Positions 11,508 to 23,467 of a stretch of DNA of 64,000 nucleotides are shown here, piece by piece. The stretch is taken from NCBI GenBank assembly GCA_000091205.1, contig AP006488.2. The stretch is one strand, 5' to 3'. How positions within the stretch are numbered: the first letter of the stretch is position 1; each line of letters starts with the position of its first letter. A model generated the notes under the pieces. It worked only from the letters and a program-made list of their open reading frames with translations. It had not been told where the DNA came from and did no database searches. The DNA is from Cyanidioschyzon merolae. Its lineage: Eukaryota. The position numbers were made by a program, and so were the translations under genes.

Positions 11508-13853
11508 TCAGGGAGGTGAGGCGCCCACCTGCATTGACTGAATGGTGCTGATCCGTTCTCCGCCGTCCGTCGCCGCGGCATCTCGTGTAGCGGAAGCGGC
11601 ATCTGGTTCCGTGATGCCTCTCTTGCCAACAGATGCTGTCTCTGCTGCTCGGCGTCGTTCGCGCTCCAGCCATACCAGAAGGATGAGGATATCGGCGGGC
11701 TTGACGCCACCTACCTGCGTCGCCTGACCCAGCGTTGCCGGGCGAATCTTGCTCAATCGATCCATGCTTTCGCGGCTGAGCTGCGTGATCGAGTAGTAAT
11801 CAATATCATCAGGGATCTTTCGTCCATATTCCGCCTTGATTCGGCGAACAGTCTCTTGCTGCTGGTCAATATATCCTTGGTATTTGATGCGAGTCTCCAG
11901 TGTCTCCCAGTCGAAGACCGTCATGTTGGGTTCGGAATCCGCAAGCACACCAACTTGCTTCAGCACACTGAGACTCAACCGTGGCCGACGAAGCAGATCT
12001 GCCAGCGAAACATTCGCTGCGATCTTTCCGACATCACATTGTTGCTGAATGAGAAGTGCCTCTTCGCTGTCGCCGCGAAGCATTGTCGTTTCCAGCCGCA
12101 TCCGTTGGCGCTCAATGCGTTTCAGCTTCTCTTGGAAGATATTCCAGCGACGATCGTCAATGAGGCCGATACTTCGACCCAGCGGCGTCATTCGTTCGTC
12201 GGCATTATCTGCGCGCAGGAGCAGCCGATATTCAGATCGAGAGGTAAGCACGCGATACGGTTCATCGAGCTCTTTTGTGCAGAGATCATCGATCATCACC
12301 CCAAGAAACGAGTCTTCGCGATCCAGCATGACGAGGTCAGCGTCACTGCCCCGCTTGGCAAACTGCGCGGCGTTCACGCCAGCAATGATCCCCTGCGCCG
12401 CAGCCTCCTCGTAGCCGGTCGTCCCGAGCACCTGCCCAGCGAGGAAGAGCCCCTCGATCTTCTTGCTGTGCAGTGTGTGATACACCTGCCATCCCGGAAG
12501 GTAGTCGTAATCAACGGAGTACGCGGGTCGGACCATTCGGCATCGCTCAAGGCCAGGTATGGACTGAAGCATCGCAAGCTGAATCGATTCCGGCATGCCG
12601 GTGGAGAAGCCCTGCACGTAGACTTCGGGAATGGTGCGACCCTCTGGCTCGATGAAAATCTGATGGCTTTCTTTCTCTGCGAAGCGAACGATCTTATCCT
12701 CGATGCTTGGACAGTACCTCGGCCCTGTTGAGCACATGAAGCCACCATACTTGGGAGTTAAATGGAGGTTCTCACGAATAATACGGTGGGTCTCCGCCGT
12801 CGTTCGCGTCAAATAGCACGGCATCGTGTCGCTCCGGGGGTTCCATTCGGCGGGGTCGAAGCTGAACCAATGATCCTCAGGATCGGATGGTTGCGGTTCC
12901 ATAACCGTATAGTCGATGGTTCGGCCGTCGACACGCGGCGGCGTTCCCGTCTTCAAGCGACCTGTCTCAAATCCCATTCGCTGCAAAGTCTCTGTGAGCC
13001 CGAACGATGCCGGCTCGCCTGCGCGACCCGCAGGCATGGACTTGTTGCCTACCCAGATCGTGCCGCCAAGAAACGTCCCCGTTGTTAAGACCACCGCACG
13101 TGCCCGGAATGCGCCCCCAAAATACGTCTCCACGCCCACGACTTCACCATTTGGACCCAGAGCCAAATCGTAGACCATTCCTTCACGAATCTCGAGGTTT
13201 TCAGCTTCCTCCAGAACTCGACGCATCTCCGCTGAATACTCTCGCTTGTCCGTTTGTGCACGCAGCGCCCATACCGCTGGACCCTTGCCACGGTTCAGGA
13301 CACGCCGCTGCAGATACGTTCGATCGGCGATCTTGCCGATCCATCCACCAAGAGCGTCGACTTCATGAACGAGCGTCGATTTTGCTGGTCCGCCAACCGC
13401 TGGATTACAAGGTTGCCAGGCGATACGGTCCAGATTCAGGGTCAAGAGGAGCGTGCGCGCTCCTAAACGAGCAGAGGCAAGTGCCGCTTCGCAGCCGGAG
13501 TGCCCAGCACCGATGACTATGACATCGTACTCGCCTTCGGGGTAGAGCGGTCCACCCCGCGAAGAACGCATACTTTGTGCCTGATTCGAAAAGTGCTCCG
13601 CAGGTAAGCTCGGTGCCGGTAACGGTGACGGCGCCTGCGAGGGCCGCGACGACGAGCCTTCCTCGACACCTTGCTGCGATGCACGTAGGCCAGTGCGATG
13701 TTGCCGGAACAAATGACGCCCTGAACTGGGACACAACCACCCGTTGGTGCTCCTCGTCGTCTGCAGCTCAAGTTGGCGTGAACTGCGCGACTCGCACCAC
13801 TTGGTTGCCCCGGAATGAAACACTCTTGAGAAACTAAGTTCGGCTAGGAACAT
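11508..13853 (-). CDS. MTO1: tRNA uridine 5-carboxymethylaminomethyl modification enzyme MnmG/GidA, mitochondrial (MTO1 homolog)
   Basis: FAD-binding N-terminus YDVIVIGAGHSGCEAALASARLGARTLLLT. MnmG core runs through ...KIEGLFLAGQVLGTTGYEEAAAQGIIAGVNAA and the C-terminal GidA domain. The first in-frame ATG at 13853 adds an Arg/Ser-rich presequence-like extension. An alternative ATG at 13571 starts directly at the GidA domain. Confidence 0.88.
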   Translation of the reverse strand: MFLAELSFSRVFHSGATKWCESRSSRQLELQTTRSTNGWLCPSSGRHLFRQHRTGLRASQQGVEEGSSSRPSQAPSPLPAPSLPAEHFSNQAQSMRSSRGGPLYPEGEYDVIVIGAGHSGCEAALASARLGARTLLLTLNLDRIAWQPCNPAVGGPAKSTLVHEVDALGGWIGKIADRTYLQRRVLNRGKGPAVWALRAQTDKREYSAEMRRVLEEAENLEIREGMVYDLALGPNGEVVGVETYFGGAFRARAVVLTTGTFLGGTIWVGNKSMPAGRAGEPASFGLTETLQRMGFETGRLKTGTPPRVDGRTIDYTVMEPQPSDPEDHWFSFDPAEWNPRSDTMPCYLTRTTAETHRIIRENLHLTPKYGGFMCSTGPRYCPSIEDKIVRFAEKESHQIFIEPEGRTIPEVYVQGFSTGMPESIQLAMLQSIPGLERCRMVRPAYSVDYDYLPGWQVYHTLHSKKIEGLFLAGQVLGTTGYEEAAAQGIIAGVNAAQFAKRGSDADLVMLDREDSFLGVMIDDLCTKELDEPYRVLTSRSEYRLLLRADNADERMTPLGRSIGLIDDRRWNIFQEKLKRIERQRMRLETTMLRGDSEEALLIQQQCDVGKIAANVSLADLLRRPRLSLSVLKQVGVLADSEPNMTVFDWETLETRIKYQGYIDQQQETVRRIKAEYGRKIPDDIDYYSITQLSRESMDRLSKIRPATLGQATQVGGVKPADILILLVWLERERRRAAETASVGKRGITEPDAASATRDAAATDGGERISTIQSMQVGASPP

Positions 13854-14130
13854 GATGGAAAAGATCGCACCGTACAGCGCCTTGCGTTCCGCGGGACGCT
13901 CCGGTGGCGTCACGTTGCACGTAAACGTCCCAACCTGTCACGCACAACTAGAGCACGTTACCCAAAAAAGTAGGCCAAGTAGATACGTCAAACAAACAAC
14001 TCCAAAAGCCTTCGAACCGGGAACTTTTCCTGTTCCCTGTGTCCAGAAGCGCTCAGAAGGCACTTACACCACGAAAAGCAACACGTTGTCTAGTGCACGG
14101 TGACACGCATTCCTCGAAGCACGCATGCCT

Positions 14131-14251
14131 GCCGTCGCTGCTGCTGCTGCGATCTAATGGACAGGTCCATTCGGGGCGTCGCTGCTGCTGCCGTCGCTGC
14201 TGCTGCCGTCGCTGCTGCTGCTGCGATCTGATGGACAGGTCGATTCGGGGC

Positions 14252-14298
<47 letters not shown>
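14131..14298. repeat. Tandem duplication of an approximately 50-bp unit plus a (GCT)14 triplet run
   Basis: The unit gccgtcgctgctgctgctgcgatct(a/g)atggacaggtc(c/g)attcggggcgtc occurs twice and is followed by gctgctgct... x14. It lies in the divergent MTO1-OGDH intergenic region. Confidence 0.8.
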
Positions 14299-15378
14299 AT
14301 ATCTTGCGATGCGGGAGGCAGGGCGCTGGACCGCTCCTGTTCGGGGTCGGATCGCTGGATGGAGCATCCAACGCCACTTTTAGTGTTCGATGAATAGCGG
14401 GTGGCTATCCGGAAAGAGGCCACCGTTCGTCTGCGGACGCGTTCGCACGCAGCCAACTTCAGACTAGTTTTTCCGTCGGGAATAGAGGCTCGGTGGATAC
14501 AGGTACCGTGTGGGTACCGATTCTGTCGCAGACGTTTGCTGCGACGCAGGATGGATACTGCAGGGAAACAGGATATCGCTGCAAGCGTCGGCCCGAAGAG
14601 GCGCTGCATAGACGCGCAGAGGATTTTCAGCGGTGCGTCGGTTTCTCGTGATGCGTGGCGAGCGCAGCGTGATACGGAAGGCGGATGTACCTCAGCGGAA
14701 GATGACGCACTGGGATCTGTTTGCTCGCTGAGCATCGCCGATAGAAAACGCTCGCTCAGCGAAACACGCGGCTGTTGGAGGCGCAGTCCACGGGATTCGG
14801 CATCGACCTGCTTCTGTATGCGACTTGCGCCGCCGCGCATCCATAGCGACGACAAATGTTCCCAGGCAGCTTGGTACCCGCAAGCCCGCTGGATCTAGCT
14901 TCTATTCCGGACGAAAGGACCAGTCTGGAGTTTTAGAAAATGCGAAAGCGTCTGTGAAGGATCACTCGTCGTCGCCTCTTCCCTGGCTGGTGGCGCCGAT
15001 CGCACATCCAGAGATGCATTCGGTTCGATGCACCGACTCGGCATCATCAAACTGGGTATGATCATCACGGATCCCGATATCCATCACGCAATCGGGCATC
15101 TCTGATTCTTGCAAACCATCCCACAACTCAGAAAACGTAAAACAAGTAAGACGCGTGTTATCATCTTTCACTTTATGATGTAGCTCTTTCTAGCGCTGCC
15201 TGCGGCGCTTTTCGAGACAGCGGCCGCGAATCCAGCCGCTGAACGCGATCGAGCACCATCATCGGGAGGCGTCACGCTGGTGCCTGGCGCTGTGACGGAG
15301 CGCATGACTCTATCGCTTCGCGTTGCCCACTAGTACCCGTTTCGTGAACTCGCTGGAGGAACACCTGGGAGAAGGCGC

Positions 15379-18300
15379 CATGCTTCGTGTCGTTCGGGCC
15401 CTGAACCCGATTCTGTTCCGTTCATTGTCTCCAACAGGTGTTAGCAAGCGACTGCTGGGGCTAACTGGCTGTAACGTGTTGGGTGCTCGTTTGTTGAGCA
15501 CTGCTAGCGCCAGCAGTAGCAGTGATGCAGCGACAGGCGCAGCAGCAGCAGCAGCAGCGGCAACAGCTGCGCAGACGACGCACCGTCAACCTACGTTAGC
15601 TGAATCTGGCCTTTCTAGTGCTGAGGACTTTCTTAATGGAACCAATGCAAACGTGCTGGAAGAGATGTACGAGTTGTGGCTCCGAGAGCCCTCCAAAGTC
15701 CACGGCAGCTGGCAGGCGTTCTTCCGTAATATCGAGACGGGTGCCCCGTTAGGCCAAGCGACAAGCTTGCTCAGCCGGCCTCAGCGGGAGCGCATCTCCC
15801 GTGCGGCACCTTCGGTAACCGCAGGTCGGGACGTTCTGGAGGTTGCGCGGGACACAGTGCGAGTTATGTCGATGATTCGCGCCTTTCGCCACCGCGGTCA
15901 CCTGGTCGCCAACCTGGATCCACTGAACCTGTCTCAGGCAAGCGGTCACGTTGTAGCCGGTGCGCACGAGGAGTCTGCATTGAGTCCAGCGAGAGTGCGC
16001 TACGATTTGGATCCCGTCTCCTACGGTTTCACTGAAGCGGACATGGATCGAATTTTCTACGTAGGCGGTGACTTGCCGGGGCGTCCGCTGCGAACCTTGC
16101 GTGAGATTCACAGCATGCTGAAGAATGCATATTGTGGAACCATCGGCTTCGAATACCGCCACATGCTCAGCAAAGAGGAAAAAGACTGGATCGCATCACG
16201 GGTGGAGGTGTTCGGCCCGATGTTTCGTTTCACACCGGAAGAGAAGCGACAAATTTGGAACTTCACAGCGGAAGCGGAGCTATTTGAAAAATTCCTTTCC
16301 TACAAGTATGCAACTGCAAAACGTTTTGGTCTCGAGGGTGGAGAAAGCATCATTCCCGGCATTCAAGCGATGCTCTTGCGCGGCAGCGAGCTCGGTATCG
16401 AAAACGTCATCATTGGCATGCCTCATCGTGGACGCCTGAACGTGCTGGCCCAGGTAGTGAAGAAACCGCTGGAGCAGATCTTCCATGAATTTAATCCAGA
16501 CGAGAGCCGTACTCGGGTCTATCTCGCTGGTGGATCCGGTGACGTGAAATACCACCTGGGCACCAGCTCAGATCGAACCTTAGCCAACGGAAAACAGATG
16601 CATCTTTCTTTGGTCGCCAACCCGAGTCATTTGGAGGCGGTAGATCCCGTTGTAGTCGGGAAAACCCGGGCCAAGCAGTTCTTCACATACGATGTAGATC
16701 GCCGCCGCACGATGGCGCTCCTGCTGCACGGCGACGCGGCGTTCGCTGGCCAAGGCGTGGTGGCGGAAACCCTAGAACTAAGTGATCTGCATGACTATAC
16801 CATCGGTGGTACGGTACACGTGATTATTAACAATCAGATTGGCTTCACCACGGACCCAAAGCATGCACGCTCATCACCCTACCCGACGGATGTGGCGAAA
16901 TGTGTCGGCATTCCGATATTCCACGTGAACGGCGATGATGTGGAGGCAGTCGTTCACGTTTTCCGCTTAGCCATCGAGTACCGTCAACGCTTCCGCAAGG
17001 ATGTAGTGGTGGATGTCTTCTGTTACCGCCGCCATGGCCATAATGAATTGGATGAACCGTCTTTCACCCAGCCGCTGATGTACAAGAAAATAGCGGCACA
17101 TCCCACGATCTTGCAACTGTACACGCATCGTTTGGTGAATGAGCAGATTGTTCAGCCGAGCGAGGTCCAGCAGATGCGCGACCAGCACATGCGTCGGTAC
17201 GAAATCAGCTTCCGCAATGCCCCGAACTGGAAACCCCGCGATAGCGACTGGCTCGCCTCGCACTGGAAGGGATTCAAATCGGAGTTTCAGTTGAGTCCGA
17301 TTCGTCAGACTGGCGTCGATCGCGATGTGCTGATGCGCGTTGGCCGGGCGCTTTGTCGTATTCCGGAAAGTCTGCATATCCATCCGCATTTGAAGCGCCT
17401 CCTGGAGCATCGCAAGCAGATGCTCGAAGGCGAGATCGGTATCGACTGGGCACTCGCTGAACAGCTCGCGTTTGGAGCACTCATGTGTGAGGGCACGCAC
17501 GTGCGTCTCAGCGGCCAAGACAGCGAACGCGGGACGTTCTCCCAACGTCATGCCGCCCTGATCGACCAGGATACCGAGGAGCGTTACGTGCCGCTGGATC
17601 ATATTGAGGGCGATCCTCCGGGACAGTTCCGCGTGTGCAACTCCTCACTCAGCGAATACGCTGTGCTCGGCTTCGAAGTGGGGTACTCTTTGGAATCCCC
17701 GCGGGCACTGGTGATGCACGAAGCTCAGTTTGGCGACTTTATGAATGGCGCCCAAGTGATCATTGATGAATTTATCGCGTCTGGTGAGAAGAAATGGCGT
17801 CGTCAGTGCGGTATCACCATGCTCTTACCGCACAGCTTCGGGGGCCAGGGTCCCGACCATTCCTCCGCACGACTGGAACGCTTCCTCCAACTCGCCGACG
17901 ATGACCCGGACGAGATCCCGGCTGAACTCGGCATGGACAACCGTATGCAGATTCAGCGCGCGAACCTTCAAGTTGTGAACGCGACCACCCCGGCAAACTA
18001 CTTCCACGTGCTTCGACGCCAGATTCACCGCGACTTTCGAAAGCCCCTCATCCTGCTGACGCCGAAAGAGCTATTGCGCTTGCCGGAATGCCGCTCGCCG
18101 CTCGCCGACTTTCTCACCGGCACTCGTTTCCATCGGCTGATCCCGGAAACGGACCCCGAGATCGCTACCGGTGAGAAAACGCGTCGCTTGATTTTCTGCC
18201 AGGGAAAGGTTTACTACGAGCTCGTTGCCGAGCGAAAGAAACGCCAGATCCGGGATGTCTCCATTGTGCGCCTGGAGCAGATCTCACCGTTCCCGTACGA

Positions 18301-18580
18301 TCGAGTTGCGGAAACGCTCAGCGCTTATCCGAAAGCGGAACTGGTCTGGTGTCAGGAGGAACCCAAGAACGCCGGTGCTTGGTTCTATGTGCAGCCGCGC
18401 ATCCGCACGACCCTGCGAGGTCTCATCGACGAGGCACACGGCAAGCACCGGGTAGTGGCGTACGCTGGGCGCAAACCAGCAGCGGCACCGGCTACCGGTA
18501 TCTACACGATCCACGTTGCCGAGCAGAAGGAGCTGATCGATCAGGCGCTAAGCGATGAACCGTTGCCCGTCACCGTCTGA
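15379..18580 (+). CDS. OGDH: 2-oxoglutarate dehydrogenase E1 component, mitochondrial
   Basis: About 1066 aa. Mitochondrial presequence MLRVVRALNPILFRSLS... Canonical OGDH E1 motifs are AYCGTIGFEYRHM, GMPHRGRLNVL, the ThDP-binding HGDAAFAGQGVV, HVIINNQIGFTT and FCYRRHGHNE, with the transketolase-like C-terminal half. A poly-Ala/(GCA)n tract sits in the N-terminal region. Confidence 0.92.
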
Positions 18581-19812
18581 AACGACGATGCACTGGACGA
18601 TGTACCGCTGGCGATGCGCATATCGTCGAGCAGCGGGCGACACGACTCGAGGATCAGTGCCCGCTCGTTTGCCAGATGGAGTAACGCAATGAAGATGTAG
18701 GAGAGCGACACCTCGGAGCGGAGATCCTGACCCAGACGCGGCCAGATTTCGGGTAGTAGAGCGCGCAGCCTGGTTTCGTTGCCAGGTCGGATACCCGGAT
18801 TCTCGCAGGACGCTTCGGTTTCCGCACAGTGCGTAGCAAGGTGGCGCTGAATCACTTCCCAGAGCACATTCTTCAAGAGATGCATATCAACGCGTTTGGC
18901 ACGAGTTGCATGGGCCAAATCGATTCGTTCGACGGCGGCAGGTGCGTCTACGAGCGGTACCAAGTGCCGCGCATCGATGCACCCGAGCGCATCCACATCA
19001 GAGACCAGATCGAGGGCGTGGAAGGCAGTTTCCAGTTCTGTGTCGCTGGATTCGGCGTCGGCAGTGCTCAGCTGTGACGATGAGCGCTCCAGCGGTGCGC
19101 AAAAGTTCTCATCTTCAAAGGCTCGCCAGTCGAGCTCAGTCTGGAGCGCCTGCAGGTTGGTGTCGGTGTAGGGTGCAGAAGCAGAAGCACCAGCACCAGC
19201 GCCTGCACCAGAACGAGCATTGTCTCGAGAAGCATGCGGACGGGCTGCGGCTACCATGATCGAACACGAAGGCTGCGTAAACAGACGCATCAACGCGTCG
19301 ATCGTATACTGGTGGTCCGGAGGCAACGTTGTGCGCTGTTCGCTGTGCCGTTCGAGAACAGCTGCCGAGAGCTGCGTGACGCCTCTCCGTCGGCATACCT
19401 GAAACTTGTTGTCAAAAGCGGGATCTGAGACGGGTTTTCTCCAGTCCAGCTGCTGCTGCTGCTGCTGCCCGGCTTTGGGACGCGGTCGCTTCGCACTCGA
19501 TGGATGCGGCTGACCTGCCAGGAGTCCAGCAGCGTGTGGTGGTCTCCAGTGCTCGGGGCCGGCCCAGCTACTGAACAACTCCCTGGGAATGGCACGAAGG
19601 AGACTGCCAGCAGCCTGTCCATTTCGGAACAAGTTCAGATAAAGTTGAAAAGCATCGGCGCAACCTGGCGCCATCGCTGCACTCCCGAACAAGGACGTGT
19701 GCAGCGCGTCGTCGGAGCCGCCTCCACCGCTGCTGCTCGCATGGCTTTCGGCGAGACGCAGTGCGGCGTGATCGTCATGATCATCCTCGTGATCGTCGTC
19801 ATCATCATGTGT

Positions 19813-19861
<49 letters not shown>

Positions 19862-21252
19862 GCACTGGCGCTTTCCGTATCGGATACAGCATCGGAAGCG
19901 TCTGCGCTTCCGCTCAGCGCGGGTACGGCCTCGTATGCGGTTGCCACGGAGCTGGGAAAGAGCTCCATGTGCTCAAAGCCATCTCCATAATCTCGCGGTG
20001 GACCGAACATGTCATCCTCGGGGAAGAGATGCCCTTCTTTCGCTGAGGTTCCGGGTACGAGTCCATGCAGGCCGACTTCGCCGGAGGCTATGTTTGTGCC
20101 GGCAGTTCGCCAGGCCTCGGCTGCGTCGTTCTCGAGTTGATGGAAGAGTCGCTGAAAATTTGGACACAAAGCTTTCTGACCGCGTTGTGTCCAAGCCAGC
20201 ATCGCGTTGGGAAACAGCTCGGCTGCTATCTCTATGTATGGATCCGCCGCCGTCTCATCCTGGTCATCAGGGTGTGATGCGTCCCCGACAGCTTCGGCAT
20301 GCTCTTCTGCATCCAGCGCCATCGTTCCGTCTGCGAGCAAATCCAGAACGCGCACAAGTAGCTCCTGTGATCCGCTCTGGTCAAACAGTTCGCTGAGTTT
20401 CATAAATAGTGGATCGATGGAGCATCCCTCCTCCAGACTCTGCAACGTGAGATGCTCGGGGTTGGACTCCAGCGTGGCTTCGCCCCAGCCGCACTTGACA
20501 AGTTTCGAACGCTGTCGCGAACGACTCGAGGGTGTGGCTTCGGCAGGCTCCTCATCACCAGCGACGGTTGCGCTGTCGGTGGCGGTCTCTTCGGGTGACT
20601 CGTCCTCGTCGGCAGCATGCTGTGCTAGCCCGTTGAGCACGCGATACGCGTTATTGTGCACAGAATCCACTCGGTACGCATATATTTTCACGCCTGCGTC
20701 GATGGTGGAGCCCGCAAGCGCAAAGTTCGTATCGAGCGCTTCACGTGTGAGGTCGTCCTGAACCGAATGACGGGGCGCCCGCCCTCGCTGAGCGTCATGC
20801 GAACCCTCTGAGCGAAACGCGACCGCAGCAATATGGTCGATGAGATTCAGTTGCCAGGAGTTCACCGCGTTGACGCGGTTCTCAGCACACAGACGGATCG
20901 TAGTCGCGTACAACTGCAAAAGCTCCGGATCCGAAAGCTTCTTGACGCTAGCGTCCGGCTCGGCAGCCGCCAAGAAACTCTCGTCTAGACCGCGGCGCGC
21001 CTGCGGTGAGCGTAAGCTCAACCCTGTTCTGAGCGTATTCTTCGATTGACGCGCGACTCGTGCTTGCTGCCTTTCTCGCGCGTCATCGTTCCAGCACAGG
21101 GAGTCCTCAAGTGCCAGAAACGAGCTCGAAGCCCGCTCAGTCGGTTGTGCTTCTCCGCTTGAAAGCGACGTTGGTGCACGGTGCTGGTGCTCCGGTTCCG
21201 ATGCTTCGGAACGTTGACTTTTATCTTGATGTTCTGCACGCCTGCCTCTCAT
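18541..21252 (-). CDS. NCAPH: Condensin complex subunit 2 (kleisin CAP-H/Barren/Brn1) with long low-complexity insertions
   Basis: The N-terminal kleisin motif is RLCAENRVNAVNSWQLNLIDHI...NFALAGSTIDAGVKIYAYRVDSVHNNAYRVLNGL, matching the Barren consensus N.INAKNAW.L.LID / NFQKAS.TLDASVKIYS.RVDSVH. The CDS is trimmed to the first ATG. The ORF overlaps the OGDH 3' end by 40 bp. Confidence 0.75.
19814..19854. repeat. (GCA)n triplet repeat inside the CAP-H coding region
   Basis: agcagcagc... x about 14. It translates on the minus strand to a poly-Ala run followed by an Asp/His-rich block (AAAAAAAAAAAAAAATHDDDDDHEDDHDDH). Confidence 0.8.
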
Positions 21253-21417
21253 GTTGAATGAAGAAGCTACCCCACCACCGGATGGATTCCCTGAAAACAA
21301 ACGCGTGTCCTTGAGGTTGCTGGTGCACCAAGCAGGCTCCCAGTCTGTGTCACCCGCCGTTACAGCGCAGCGCGCACGATGAGCGTAGCCTGCGCAGTTG
21401 CCGGGTATCGGCCTTGC

Positions 21418-21444
21418 AGCAGCAGCAGCAGCAGCAGCAGCAGC
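21418..21444. repeat. (AGC)n triplet microsatellite
   Basis: agcagcagcagcagcagcagcagc read directly, about 170 bp beyond the CAP-H start. Confidence 0.7.
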
Positions 21445-23467
21445 GGGCGATCTCGTTGTGCAGCATCCGCAGCATCCGCAGCGGCGGCAGCGGCGGCGCT
21501 CACGCTGCCGGGAATTTGAATGTGATGCGCATACCGTCGCCTGCAGCGGTGCGCGCGCGCGCGCGTGCTTTTCGCAACGCTTGCTGGCGGGCGCTGGTGC
21601 GCAACGCGCCTTGCGCGGTCGATGCTCAGCGGGCGTACGGGTTGCAGGTGCTGGTGCCTCTCCCAGGGTGCACGGTATGGAGTCATGGATGGGAACGGTG
21701 GATCAGTGATTGTTTCGGGGGCAAGTCTCTCGGTTTGTAAGTGTGGTATGCTTGTTTTGATGGACTGCTGAACGGTACAAGAGCAGTAGATTGTTCCGAG
21801 TGGGGATAGCATACACGCTCTCTACAGGTTGCCGTATGACACGCATGGGAACTCTTCAGCGTTCCAGCACGATGTTTGTTAAGTGGCGTGCGGAGCGCTG
21901 ATCTAGAAATCTTGTTTGACGTAAATCCGATAGATGCTGTAGAAGATCAAACGATTGCCGGGGATGAATTGAGGCGTTCAAGTGTGGGTGCATAGAGAGT
22001 GCTTGCGTACGGGTTTGCTGGTGCAGTCACAACGTGGCGAGCTGCGGATCTTCGATTGTCTCGGCATTCGATGATGATCGCTCAGCTTAACGTACACCAT
22101 CGATTACCTTCGCTTCTGATTTTACGCTTTTCTCTCTGTGAGTTTCTGCGTGCACACGCGTGCTCGTGATGCGTGGGTGTCGCCGCTCGCGCGCATCGAC
22201 GAGCATCGACCAAAGTCGATGCCTGTGCTCCTTGGAAGCGCTCGTTTAGAGAGCGCCGCAGTGCAGCTTTTGCACGCTACTGCACGTCCAGCATCATAGA
22301 TGACCATCATCGTACCACGCGGACTGTGGGAGATTGCCAGTTCCAACCCATTGGACATGTTGCTGCATGCACAATGCCTGGCTTTTTATAAACGAAATCG
22401 CTGGCGAAACCAGCGCGATCTCCTGTACTGATGCCCAAAGCTCGTTCAACTGAGCTATTCGGGCGCTCAGGTCCTCGCCGAATAAAGCGTGCAGAGCATT
22501 CTCCCATGTGCTGGATGAGGCGCTCAGAGCGTCTCAGTGGATCCTGAACGCGCCCTAGCTCTTGTTCGTTTGCATCCTGACGAGCGTCATGCCTGCCTAT
22601 CGATACTGGCGAGCTCTGGAAAATTTGAACTGCTTCAACTGCTTTCCATTCAGGTCTTTCCGTTTGATCTCTTGAGTTCGAGGAACGGCTGGTGCCTGGA
22701 CGCCCCTCAACACCGGAACCAAGAGCACAACATATTCTTTCCCTGCATCTATCTTGACGTGTTGGAATTGAGCCGCATTCAACGACTCTGGCCCAGATTT
22801 CACGACGCGCATGCGGACCGATGTTCCATGGGTCTCTTTCGTACTTGAAAAATTCTTTCCTCTGTTGAAACGACAATTTTTGAGCGAGCTCGGCGAGTGG
22901 TCTTTCCGATTCAAGGCGGTTGCTTCAAAGCTGCTCGCAGCCGCAAGACGCAGGACTCTGAGAAAGCCATACAGGACACAACTGTTTACGGTGACGTCAT
23001 GGGCATTGGGGTGACCTATGCAGACCAGAAAAAATCGACTCATGAAGGGGCGAAGGCGCTTAGATTCAGGAAAAGGTCTGCTTTTCTCTGGAGCGCTCTG
23101 TTCAGCAAAACATGGCAGCGCACGCTTGCAGCACGTCAGGTATCAGGCGGGACACCATGCGTCCAGACTGCATCCGAATCTCCGCGGATACGGCCTGCGT
23201 TCTCAACGAAGTATGCGGTAATGTCAGGTTTTTAGTATTTCTCGGAAATTTCAAATTTTCAGACACGCGAACACGCTTCCAACGCCGCGCTGACCCATGA
23301 GAAGCGCGAAAATCGAACAATCCGTGGCACCTCTCATTCGCGTCATGCCCAGTGCACGATCTTTGCCTTCATATACAGCGTTTGGGTGCATCGCCCAGTG
23401 TCCAGCGGAATGCACCTTGCAACTTGTCCGTACAATCGAGGCGACCAGAGTCCAGACTCGGCACGCA

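Noticed and set aside
11856-12731. Long antisense or overlapping ORFs inside confirmed genes (e.g. 11856..12731 in MTO1, 16967..17602 in OGDH, 23951..24568 in MOGS, 50488..51477 in the ATP-grasp gene, 18896..19259 in CAP-H)
   Set aside because: These are expected stop-codon-poor antisense frames of GC-rich coding sequence. The opposite strand carries unambiguous conserved motifs.
13572-13913. Using the ORF-track start at 13913 for MTO1 (and 21300 for CAP-H, 26416 for MOGS, 41168 for Rpt3, 51879 for the ATP-grasp gene)
   Set aside because: Those track starts are GTG, TTG or CTG codons, which are unlikely initiators in a eukaryote. I trimmed the CDS to the first in-frame ATG consistent with homolog N-termini or presequences.
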